Below are positions 41,001 to 52,560 of a DNA stretch of 61,471 bases, one piece after another. Within the stretch, counting starts at the first letter, position 1; every line of letters starts with the position of its first letter. The DNA comes from Trichinella spiralis (lineage: Eukaryota), in NCBI RefSeq assembly GCF_000181795.1, contig NW_003526948.1, forward strand, positions 2,844,327 to 2,905,797, given 5' to 3'. The notes under the pieces were generated by a model. The model was given only the letters and a program-made list of their open reading frames with translations. It was not told the DNA's origin and searched no databases. The position numbers were made by a program, and so were the translations under genes.

Positions 41001-43667
41001 GGGTAACTATCTTGCATTTGTCGTTTTCAACGATACCCAAGTGTCAAACATCACAATGAGCTATTACTCTGATGAACCTTACCCGACGAATGTGAACATT
41101 CCTTATCCGAAAGTTGGTGCATCTTTGCCTGAAGCTAAAGTTCATGTTTGGAACAAAAAGACTAAGCAGACCATCACATTTGCCCCTCCTGATGAAGTAC
41201 AACGTTTGAAGTAGTGTTAATTTGCATTTGCATGCTCGCTGTGCGCATTTGCGCATATATTTTTTTTTCTATCCTCTTCAGGGAAAATTACGTTTATCAT
41301 GTTTCGTGGCTTAAAGGCGGTTTTTCTGAATTTTCCAATGAAGATACGCTATTAGTTGTGTGGTCAAACCGTGTTCAAAATTCAGTTTTCATTTCGCTTT
41401 GCAAACTTTCCAGTGAACAGTGCATTCTGGTAATGGAAAGCTTGCATTTTGAATTCACATTTTCATTCCCTGTTATTTGCAGAATTATAATCAAAATTTT
41501 ACAAACTTTTGGGCAGAGCCGTTGAATTTTGCTGTCCGTTTTGCCGACGAGCAGAATTATTTTGTCATTTTGCCCAAATCGGTTGAAGACGAATCAGAAA
41601 AGCAGCACTATTGGTATTCGCACATTGCCAAGATCAACGTTCCTGTATTCGTTTTTATGCTGATTAATTATATTCTGCTTTTGCACGCTTCTTCTGTTCT
41701 AGCAAAGCGGTCAAAATGGCAAAGCGGTTTTCCTGACCGACGGACCCTGGGAAGTGATCGAGATCGTCGGCTATTCTGAAAAAGACAAAGAATTGTAATG
41801 AGCAACTTTATTCTCGCATTCATTTTTTATTCATACGAATCCAATTTTATGATGGCAGATTTTTCTTGGCTGCTTTGCCTTTACCCCGTCAGAGACATCT
41901 ATACAGGTAGCGAGCAGTTTTTCAGTTGCTTTTTTTAAAAATTTATTTCAATTTTCATTAAATGACCACCTCTTCAATATGTACTCTTATTGTATAACAA
42001 ATCATTTATTTATCAACCGTATTTTGCTGTTATTTTAATTTTTTTCCTACAATTATGATGAAATTAATTGTGTTGAATTTACATTTTAGTGTAAGCATTT
42101 TTGAGACGACAACATCTCCAAAATGTTGGACGTGTAACATGACCAAAGATGGTTGTTCCTACGTGGATGTTCATTTTGCACCAAAAGGAGATCATTATAT
42201 TCTTTATTGTCAAGGTCCTGAAACTCCAACAGTTCATTTAAAATCACTGCATTCTGCTGAATTTTGTAAGTAAAATCAAATATGATAATAATCGTTTTGT
42301 TTTCTTTATTTTTTTAAAAAAATTTTCTGTTTTTTTAGCTTATGAAATTGAAAACAATACAGCGTTGAGGCAATTTTACTCCACAAAATTGTTTCCTGTC
42401 GTGTCGTACAAAGAAATACAGTTGCCCAATCAGCAAAGTATATCATTTTCATATTTTTTGGATATACGTATTTTTTTTATTTTTTTTTCTTTTAGAAGCA
42501 CTGTTGAAAATTCTCTACCCACCAGGATTTGAGGAGAATGCGAATAAGGAATTTTATCCTGCAGTTTTGCGAGTGTATATATACATATTTTTTTTCTTGT
42601 TTTCCTTTGCAGCTTCAGTTGAAGATTTTTGAAAATACTTTTTGAAGATACGCCGGTCCGAATTCTCAGCAAGTTGTTGAAAAGTGGAGCGTGTCGTTTG
42701 ATACGTATTTGGCCAGTGCGCAGAAATATATTGTTCTGTACATCGATGCCCGCGGTTCTGCTTACCGAGGCTCCAAATATACGGCTCCCCTTTACAAAAA
42801 TATAGGCCAACTGGAAATTGAAGATCAAATTGACGCATTCAAGTAATCATTAGCAGTGCAATTTTTTATTCATCTTTTTTTTTGCTTCCTTTACATAAAA
42901 TACTTTCTTATATATTTCAATTTTTAGAGCTTTTTGCTCTCAATATGGTCAAGTTGATTTACAACGAACTGCTGTTTGGGGTTGGGTATGTGTGTTTACA
43001 TGTCTATTTGAAACATTTGCAATAAGCATATGAGAATCGCTTAAAGCACACACAATTCACAGTTTTGAGGTAATTTTTTGTTTCTAGTCATACGGTGGAT
43101 TTGCCGCTGCTCGAATTGTACAAATGGATGAATTTCAAATATTTAAGTGCGCCTCTTCAGTTGCTCCTGTAACTGATTTTAGATTTTATGGTAAAGTTTC
43201 AAAATTTTTTGAATTATCGTAAAATGCCAACTTTATTACATTTGCTTTTCAGATGCCGCTTATACTGAAAGATATCTTGGTTTGTACGAAGATAATGTTG
43301 TCAGCTATGAGAAGACAAATCTGATGAAAAATGTGACGGCTTTTAAATTGGGAAAATATCTTTTAATTCATGGCAGTTTTGATGGTGAGTTTCACAATTA
43401 GTTAGATAAATTATCAGATTTTATTTCGATGATTTTTTGTTTCAGATAATGTTCATTATCAAAATACAGCCGCATTTATTAGTGCACTGACTGCGAACAA
43501 TGTAAACTTTCAACTAATGGTATGTGAAATTGTTTGTTGGCTTATCGAAAGCATTTAATGTCTGCTTGTTGGTTTAGGTTTATACAAATGAAAACCATTC
43601 AATTGGAAATCGCCGAATGCACTTGAACACTTTGTTGGACCGTTTCTTCAAAAGTTGCTTTGCGTAA
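23029..43667 (+). CDS. Dipeptidyl peptidase IV family (S9B) type II membrane protein, DPF-1/DPP6/DPP10-like, with alternative N-terminal exons
   Basis: Common exon at 38851 reads ELMTGDAPQRNWWGIGIALLVILTITAIISVTIVLLAP. Propeller motifs: NGIADWLYE/EEIFG..AVWWSPSG, PYPKVG, GPWEVIEI, RQRHLY, YILYCQGPETP. Hydrolase motifs: VYAGPNSQ, IDARGS, AVWGW/SYGG, SVAPVTDFRFY/DAAYTERYLG, HGSFD/DNVHYQN, VYTNENHSIG. Stop TAA 43665-43667. The 5' exon 23029-23099 splices in phase to 25418-25538 and then to 38851. Confidence 0.9.
24101..24334. repeat. Near-perfect tandem duplication of a ~117-bp unit (2 copies)
   Basis: The unit CTAGAGCGTAACTTTATGCAAATTTTTT..CAAGACTGCAGTAATGAT(G/A)GTTTGCTTGAATTT starts at 24101 and again at 24218, with only a few substitutions and indels. 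Confidence 0.92.
29560..29584. repeat. (AG)n microsatellite
   Basis: About 12 AG units, directly visible. Confidence 0.9.
30968..30994. repeat. (ATTG)n microsatellite
   Basis: About 6.75 ATTG units, directly visible. Confidence 0.9.
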
Positions 43668-44316
43668 GAGGTTGAAGATTTTAAAGCATGGGATAAAATG
43701 TTTAAAATTATTTAACTATAATTTAAACATTAACTTTTGCCCTGTTAAGTTTTGCTCTGTAAAACTGTATACTATGACGATGTTATTCAAAATTGCACTC
43801 GTACATTTCTTTTTTGAAACGCCGTTTTTTATACGGGTTGGATTTCTCTGTGGCTAGTACTTTTTTGCATATACCTGAATGCGCATTTTACTTTTAGCAC
43901 TATACAAACAAACATTTATTGAAAGTTATTTTTCACTTGTTTAACATTATGCCATTTTAGCTGTATTATATATATATATATATATATACAATTAATTATT
44001 CGACTTTTTTGTCTGTAGATTTCCATTTGATATGTCGTAAATTTTTACCCGTTGATTTGGTAGAAATGCTATTGAACAGACTGGTTTCTATAATAAAAGA
44101 AATCTCACTTAGTTTGAACTGCGCCAACTGTTTACAGTATGTAAGTACAACTTGAATATCATTAATTTACATGACGTATTTGGTTTTTTCTTTTTCAACG
44201 TTGAAAAGATTTTTCATCGGGTTTTTCTATATTTTGAAAATTACTCATTTGAAAAGGTTTTTCTAATTTTGCACGAATTTTGAAATTGCTAACGTGAACG
44301 AAAAATAATGATGCAA

Positions 44317-44609
44317 TTATGAGTCTTTTTTCAGAAGCTTTTCCACGTATAAAATATAACCAGAATTTAATGTTAACATTCTTCTTTTTAATGACAAAAC
44401 ATTTTTTCCTGTACATTGACATTGTAGTATAGTTGTTTCGGAAATGAAAGCTTTCATATCTTCATTACACTTTTGGCATGAGGTGAGCTGTTCAAAAAGA
44501 GTAGTAACAACAGTTGCATTCCATTTGCATTGCAAAGTGGCACTCTTTTGAAATGTTTCTAGAATTTCAATGCTTTTGTTTTTGTCGAAAAATTTTTCCA
44601 TTAGCAATT
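44317..44609 (-). CDS. Possible exon of an unknown small Cys-containing protein
   Basis: A 97-codon stop-free frame with mixed, protein-like composition (CQKC, CQC), preceded by a TTTTGAAATAG acceptor. No family recognised and no partner exons found. Confidence 0.2.
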
Positions 44610-45670
44610 CTATTTCAAAATTGAAATGGTTTGGTTATTTCCATCAACAGCTGCCATAATACTGTGAAAGTTAGGTGGTTAGTAGAAAACGAAATTGAAT
44701 TCAAAACTGCAGTGGTGTTGTACTTGATGTTCATTCATCTGATGCACTGAAACATAGTAGGGTGGAATTCTGAATTCATCGCAGGTCAAATATAATGATA
44801 ATCTAGTGTTTGTAAATTGTTTTCATAAAAAGTATTTTTAAATAATTAAGTTTAATGTGAAAAAATTTGTTTAATTCCACTGGTTCTTTTTTACTTCATT
44901 TCATCGCGACTAAGCAAACAACTTGTTCTGATGATAGATAATGTACTTGCTGTTGTTGCTTTTGATGTTATATAAAATAATTTCATGTTTGACACTCAGA
45001 AATAAGTTTGAACATGGATGTCCAGAAGTGTTTCTTTAGTGTTTCTCTATCCATTTATCACCAATCAATTTACGAGTGGTGTCGCAAAAGTTGACAGTTT
45101 TCTAACGTATTGCGGCTTTATCAAAAGTTTGCGCAACTTGCCTGCCTGCTTTTATTAGAAATTTAGCAAGACTTTTACTGCTGCAAACAGTGGTAAACAA
45201 ACAAGCGGTCTCTTTGGAAGCGTTTCGGTCTATTTGTAAAAATATGTTGTGTCACTGGTGAGACTGTATTATTAAATAAACAAAACAAAGGACAAATGAG
45301 CGGAGCTATTTATTAGAAATTTGAGATAAATGTGTGCTGCACCGGGTTAGTTAGTCTATATATTATACTGCTGGGTTCCGTCTAGCGGCTATATTATTAT
45401 ACCGAGGAAAAAAGCTTTTTTATATATTTCGAGAAAACGTTTTGAAAAAATTTGCAAACCATTCTTCATTCATTCATCGTGTCAAGTGGAAGATCCTCTA
45501 TTTATAATTTCGCTTACTACTACACTTTGGAAAAAAAACAGTAGAAAAAAGCGTTGACCACCGTTTGGAAAGTGGAATAATTTTCATTAAGCGCAAAAGT
45601 GTACATACAGATAGATGATACTGAGAAATGGTAATTTTGAACCGAAACACCGGATAGATATTCTAATTTA

Positions 45671-48600
45671 TCAGACCACATCGACGATGTATCTTTCAAT
45701 GCTCTTGGTGAGCAGCGTGGCCGATTCGACGTGTTTCGCCGCTTTCAAGGCACAAATCAAAGACTGTACTCGAATTGAACTGTCTTTGCGCATCCAGTTG
45801 AAAAGCTCTTCAACCGGACTGTAGCCGTTGGTGAAGGCCAACTGCCGAAGACGATCAATCTCATCGTTACTGTAGCCTAGAAGAACGGTCATAAATTTTC
45901 ATATAAATGCAATATATATATATGTATATATATTAACTTCAATTTACAAGGAAAAACTCCTTTCACAAAAGTGAAACTTCAAGTCAAGCAATAATAATAA
46001 ATAACCCCAAGGTTAACCTATCAACCACAAGAAACAGGAATGAAAATTAACTCTTCCCATCAGTTGGTTTTAAGGATTTAGCAAATTTGCTTTTTTACAA
46101 CAAGTACGTTATGATCTTAAAAAAATAATGCTTTTTGAATGTACTGGGAATTTTTTAAAATATATGTATATATATATATACCAAGAGTAGCAGCTATAGT
46201 CGTCCATCCTTGCTTGCTTGCTTCTGTTTCACAAGCTAATTTCTGCAACTGATCAAGCAACCAACCAGGCAACTGGGAAACTGGTGTGTCGTATGTGACT
46301 AAAGAAAATGTTCAGTCTGTTGAAAAAAGCCTGAAAACGAGTCGAAATGGGGCTCACTTACTTATTAAAGGCACCACTTCTTTATGATTCGCAATGTTGT
46401 ATTGAATAATTTCATTGGCAATGATCCCAGATGGACAACTTTTACCATTGCTGGGATATTTAACAGAGGACAAATCTTCCATTTTTGGTGTATAATGGTA
46501 CAACTTGTTTGGCCAAGATTTGATTCGAAAATGTTTGATCACCACGTAAGTGATCAGGAAACCCAAAAACAGTCCGAACAGTACACAATAAATCAGGATC
46601 AAATTTTGATCAGAGTCCTCAGATGCAAACTCAGCTTCGACAAATGACGAGTTGTCTAAAAAGATAGAAAATTAAATACGAAATTCATTTATTTATTCAT
46701 TGGACTCTATCTTTTTTTTTATTCGTTTTTTTACCTGAGCACCGGGTATCCTGAACAGCTGAACAAGGTTCTTCGAGTATTGCAGTTTTACGACACACCG
46801 AACAAGGCAAACAAGCAAAGGCCAAATTTGAGGTAGACATGAACGTATTTACTGGACACGGCCTGCACAGGGTATCCCCGTTGGACGTGCACGGCTTGGC
46901 CACCATCTCGCCGGGACGACATCGGCTGCACGGCAAGCACATATTCATGTCCGGCTGATAATAATACCCTTCGATACACTCGCATTTTGTATTGTGCGTA
47001 GCGTTGCATCGGTGCAACGGATAAGAGTTGCTTGGACAGTGTGAACACGGCCTACAGACATCCTCGTGACTGGAAACAGGCGAATACATCACTCCATCCA
47101 AACAGGGCGAACAAACGGTGCCGTTGTGCTCTGTGCATGGCAAAGCGACGCCAAAACCTGGTTCACATCGTTTGCAACAGCTGCCGGTACTTGCATCATA
47201 CGTGAAATTCTCGGCGCACTGTTGTTTGACAAGCATTGCTGCTGTAGCCGCTTCTTCAAAAGGATGTGCCTGAATTATGAAAATTGATTTTTTCACAAGT
47301 GGATTTTTACAATCAATCAATCAATGCAATGCAATGCAATGCATAATTCAACTTCTCTCTCCCATTGCAAAAGTGATTTTCTTCTCACTATTCTCACTTT
47401 CCAGTAATTACGTACATAATTGCACAACGAAAACTACTACTACTACTACTGGAGTAGTAGTCTTAATTAAATTGAAGCAAATCAAATCAGTATAAATTCT
47501 AAAGATGATTAATATAAATAGTGATGGATGATTTGAAGGGGCTTTGGATAAATTTTGAAAAAAATAGAAGTTTTCTCAATGAAAATTACTCAAATGTAAT
47601 AATAATAATAGCAATCAGTTCAGTTTTGAGAGACTTGTTTCGATTATATCAATAATTGTCAACTGCCGACACCGGTCCTTTGCGGGGATAAATATTTAAT
47701 TCTTTCTCAACTATCGATAAAAATCCTTTACGAGTCGCTAAAAATTGACAGCACATATAAAATATGGACAAAATATTCCACTTTTTCTGACCCGGTACTA
47801 TGCAAAATCAAAGCAATAAAAAGCATACAATTCATCCATGTTCTACTTTTGAAACACAAATGTTCTGTAAACCGGTAATAATAAACAAATGATTTTTAAT
47901 TTTTCCAATTAATCCTCGACCATAAACTGCATTGCAAATTCTCTGCAGTGCAGGAAATAATGTTTTTTTAGCAAGCTAATTTTTCCTTTTCAATTTGTAT
48001 TATTATTATTAATACACTTTTGAGAAGAGGCTGAGATTTTTTTTATTATTTTAAACTGCTCAACAAAAAGCAAGCAACACTTATTATTATCATCAGGCAA
48101 GTAAGTGCCAGCCAGCGTCGTCTGCTACCTCAGCACTTGCCATATTGGGTCGATTTATTTATGCTGGGCATTAAGGCAAAAATGAATAGCTATCAGTTGG
48201 CAGCCGAATGCGACGACATACAATTACAGCAGCCAGCTTTGGCAATTCTTTTGATCTAGCCGACTAGCAGCTGCCACACAGCCTGGCGGAAATGACGACA
48301 ATTGTTCAAATGGATTAGTATTTTTATTTCTACCAGGCTGGAGGAAAATTACACTTCATCTTTAAAAATAATAATGATGAAGATAATAAAAAAATAGAAG
48401 AAAAAGAAAGATGCAGGAGAGGAAGAGGAAAATTTCAAGGCAGCTAGTCTTGTGCGTGTTCGCTGAGAACTTTTTTTTTGCATGTTTTTCCAATTTGCAT
48501 TTTTATCTCTCTCAAAGCAGCACATACATGTAATTAATAATGATAATAATAATAATGTCGGCAAAAGGATTTGGGTAAAGTTTAGCTCATCATCTTTTAC

Positions 48601-49975
48601 AGTACCAAGCAGGGTAGTAGTGGTAGTGGTAGTGGTGGTATAGTTTTAATGTTCAAAGAGAAGCCGCTTCTGCATCGATCAGACAAGGTCAACAAGTGTC
48701 CAGGTCGCTTTCGGCTATCACAGCTGGTGTCTTTATAGTATTCTATTTTTTTCCCCTCTTTTACATTGCAAACTAACCCGGACCGGTGCAATGCGATGGC
48801 AATTACATCGTAAATCAGTCGGCAGCGATTGATAATATACAGTATTGCCTGCCCTGTCATTGCCATCATTGACCATCTCATACGAACAGCACGGCACAAT
48901 TTATATAGGTTTTTTTATATTCAAAAAAGCAAACACTGAATATTATTTTGTAGTAGGAAATTAGCACGATTATTTTTTGAAAGATTTTTAAAAAATTATT
49001 ATTATTATTCATTTTGCATTGTATATGGAAGTTTTGTAAAATTTTATTATTATTTTGGAAACAGAAAAGCTTCTCATCACTTTTGGCCAAGCACCAGGTT
49101 GGATGATGAATGAATAAATGGGACGGATGATCAAGATTTTAACGATGCTCTTGAACAGATCATAAGAGAAACAAACAACGCAACTGTTCAAAATTTGAGA
49201 GAGATAAGATAAGATAAGATATTTTTCTTCAAATCATCCTTCATCATAAAATAAATCTACAAGGAAGTTTTGAAGCACTGGCATGTGGGAAAAGCTGACC
49301 TTGCTGTGTATATTTTATTACATTTGCACCAACCTATTTTCACCAAATAACCTACACATTGCAAAAATAGCCCATTTATCAGTAAAGCAAAATAAATAGA
49401 TAAAAAACAACAAATAGTTGTGAAAGCAACTTTTTTTTACAAAAACCTTCCCGCTAAGAAGAGAAATATACACGTTTAACCAACAGAGAGACAGGCAGGC
49501 AGATGGATAACTTCATTTTCATTAGTCAAAATTGCATACCTGTATGAATTGTTGAGTATTTTTGAAAAGTAAATTTTACGTAAATAATATCTATATACTC
49601 GATCACAATCGAAAAGGAGCAATTTAATTTTTGAAACAAATTGAAATTCATTTCAGCATTGCAAAGTAAGCAGCACAGCAGTAGAAACGTGGCATCAAAA
49701 AGATGTTTTTGTTGCGATATTTACTTACTCATTTACATATATTGAAAAGAAAGCTGTTGTAGCAAAAGTATAAAAGCTTTGCAGTGGAAAGTTTTAAATT
49801 TTCAATATTTGTTGCATTGCATAATGTTGCCAAACAGCATTGCTTTTACAACAATAACTGCTTGAATGCTCGCTACAATTGAAGTGTCTGTTGTCAAGGT
49901 AGATTTCAGAGCTTAATAATTTTTTGCTATTCTTCTTCTTCTTTGTTGCAAACCTCTTGCATGTAACTGTATTTA

Positions 49976-50006
<31 letters not shown>

Positions 50007-51962
50007 AGATATATATGGTCGTTTGTCAAATTAAGTAAAATTATCCATCACCAACAAATGAGCAGTTTATCATAGATACTTCTGAGAAATTTTCATCTGT
50101 TCAAAATAATGTACTTGTGGTGACAATTGTTTCACATTTTCAAAGTCATCCCTGCCAACTTTGGGCCATCATCATCTATTTTAATAATTTGTAAATTTCG
50201 CAGCTGCTAAAAGTCAAAACTTTTGTCCAATTATCGTTATTGATAACGAAGCTTGAAAATTGTGGCTCTTTCAAAATAGCTAGCTAGCTATTTTGAAAGA
50301 GAAATGCAACAGCAAAATTGTTGTTCCTTTTGTCATGTCAAATCAAACTCAAGCTACCAAATAATAACTTTGAATCAAAGCATACTATGATATGGAAATT
50401 CAAAATTTCCAAAGTATTTACTCTTTTTTGTTTATAAGTTTACAATATTTTTCAAAATATAAAAACACACGGTTTTGTCTGACCATTGGTTAAAGACAAC
50501 ACGAATGACCTAGATCAGATTGCTTAGATTAGAAGAAGCCATAAAGCAATTGAATCTCCCATTTGATACTGAGATCATTCTTCACTCATTGCTTAATATC
50601 TGCAGTGAAATAGATTTAAATATTACACAAAAAGCAATTGTCGTCTGTTTTGTTCTTCCTCTTGTTTTTCCTTGTAATGAATGACTCATTAGTTGACTGT
50701 TAATTATAGTGGAACAACAAAAAAGCCTAAAACTAAACATCAGTTTGGCAGTGCCAGTCAGAAAGAAAAAACATTCCATGCTTAAACACATGAAGAAGAA
50801 GAAGCATAGAGCGGAGCTCTTTCTTCTCTCTCTCTCTCTCTCTCTCTCTCCACTGCCAGGTTTTATACACATCTGATAACATGGATTTAAGGTTTTTTCC
50901 TTCTAAACTATCGTGTTCTTATTCTATTTTTTTTAACATTAAAAGTTTTAATGTTTCTATAATAATAAAAAAGTGGATAATGAAAAAGTATTTCTTTTAT
51001 AAAAAGAAGAGAGAAAAAACGAACAATTTATTCTTCCATGACAAAACCTCAGAATCAATAGTTTTTTGCTAATATTACTTGAAGTTGCTGAAGAAAAAAT
51101 TTATATGATAAAATTTTACGTTTGCATTTTGTTTGATGAAAAAAAAATCAAATGTCCTGTGCAGAACGAGACAGTTTAGTTTGGTAATTTCAATATTGGA
51201 CGATAAGGCTAGGCTAGAAGTGAAGAATTAAATTTACACGGCTATTGCAACAGCAGTAGCAGTTAGTTATAGCAGCAGCAGCGGCAGCAGCAGCAGCAGC
51301 AATTGAAAATGAAAAATAGCATTTTTCAATAAGGACGCTTAAATTCCTGTCTTTGAATTCGATTTTCCGTTTACATGGTGAAGAAGAAGAAGTAACAACA
51401 AAATGCAAAAGTTCCAACTTGACGACCAGCAACAATTGATTTTATTCATTTTCACTTATTTCATTATACAATAGTTTATTAATTATTCAAAAATAATTTA
51501 TTGTAGCAGAATTATGGAAATGGGAATTTTGAAAACCTTGCAACAGCAACAGCAGCAGCAGCAATGTTGCGCTTTCATTTATCATAACATCACAAATGAT
51601 AAAATGCTAGTTGGTTAGTATATTTCAATTCTTGTTTGCTTACTTGGATAAAATTTCTGTATTTCAACTGTGTTATTGTAAAGAAAAATGACATAAGCAA
51701 GTTTAAATTTTCAATTATTTCCAACTGAGCTAATTGACAAAATTGTCGATTGCAAGAACCGACTATATTCGTCGAGTATCATTAAAGCGGATTAAATAGA
51801 GGATATTTCTTTAAAAAGTGTTGTTGAAGAAGAAATTTGCATTCTTTTTTCTTTAATATATATATGTGTGTGTGTGTGTTATTATTTAAATATACTTACT
51901 TGCAATTGTTGAAACAGACTGACAAGAGTCAAGATCACTGTGTACCGGGTGAAGAGAGGCAT
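45671..51962 (-). CDS. NGFR: p75NTR/TNFRSF16-like receptor: signal peptide, four TNFR Cys-rich domains, TM helix, death domain
   Basis: Five exons with compatible phases: 51962-51900 (signal MPLFTRYTVILTLVSLFQQLQ); 47269-46735 (four CRDs, 24 Cys); 46655-46362 (TM NLILIYCVLFGLFLGFLITYVVIKHF); 46298-46182 and 45876-45671 (death domain GWTTIAATLGYSNDEIDRL..SPVEELFNWM..VQSLICALKA). Confidence 0.88.
49975..50016. repeat. Compound (AT)n/(ATATAG)n microsatellite
   Basis: Directly visible within intron 1 of the p75NTR-like gene. Confidence 0.85.
50266..50301. repeat. Perfect 36-bp palindrome with no spacer
   Basis: CTCTTTCAAAATAGCTAG|CTAGCTATTTTGAAAGAG equals its own reverse complement. Confidence 0.95.
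50825..50850. repeat. (TC)13 microsatellite
   Basis: Directly visible. Confidence 0.9.
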
Positions 51963-52099
51963 ACTTGTACGTAGGAATTGGAATATTTGTAGAGTCTGAT
52001 TGGTTTTTGCTTTTTCACTTCTCCTTTTGGTTGGTTGGTTGGGTTGTGGAGTATGGGGAATGGAAAGTTAGAAAACAACAAATGACGATTGAAGAAAGA

Positions 52100-52560
52100 G
52101 AAAAGTGACCCTCTGAAGTCGGATGAGACAGAACTCAGAGACGCTGCCTCTGTAGCTGATCAACGCAAATTAGACCCCTGCGCAGGACCAGCAGCATTGC
52201 TGTATGCAGGCAGAGAAATAGCGCCATCAGCAATAAAAATTGTCGCTCGAATGGGTTTCTGCGGAGCCATAAAGAAGGTCATAAACAAAAGCGGACGACC
52301 AGTTGAAAAAAGAAGCGGCGCAACGGGCGCCGCGTAGCTGCACTCTGATTGGCCACTGACGCAGGGCAGGGGCAGTTAACGTTGACCGAAGCGCGCGGCT
52401 TGGTTGACCAGTTAGCGGCCAATTTTTATGTCTTCTTCGGGAAGCCGATAAATTTTTATCTTCCACATAAATCAGCCAAAAAGCGAACAACGACCGGACG
52501 CATTTCTTGGCTGCAATAAGTACAGAGGACGGCACCGCTCTTAGCCGGCAGCTTTTGATC
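52100..52560 (-). promoter_or_regulatory. GC-rich 5'UTR/promoter island of the p75NTR-like gene with a CCAAT box
   Basis: Markedly GC- and CpG-enriched relative to the flanks. GGCCAATCAG on the minus strand at 52345-52354, TGACG half-CRE at 52357-52361, GC hairpin at 52315-52333. Lies directly upstream of the ATG at 51962. Confidence 0.5.

Noticed and set aside
46735..47269. Host contamination or recent horizontal transfer of vertebrate NGFR
   Set aside because: The gene has AT-rich short introns like its neighbours, a divergent death domain and no vertebrate-type stalk. Ancestral retention is more parsimonious.
50570..50592. TGAGATCATT, matching the 5' end of bantam/miR-80-family miRNAs
   Set aside because: No convincing pre-miRNA hairpin, and the 3' part does not match.
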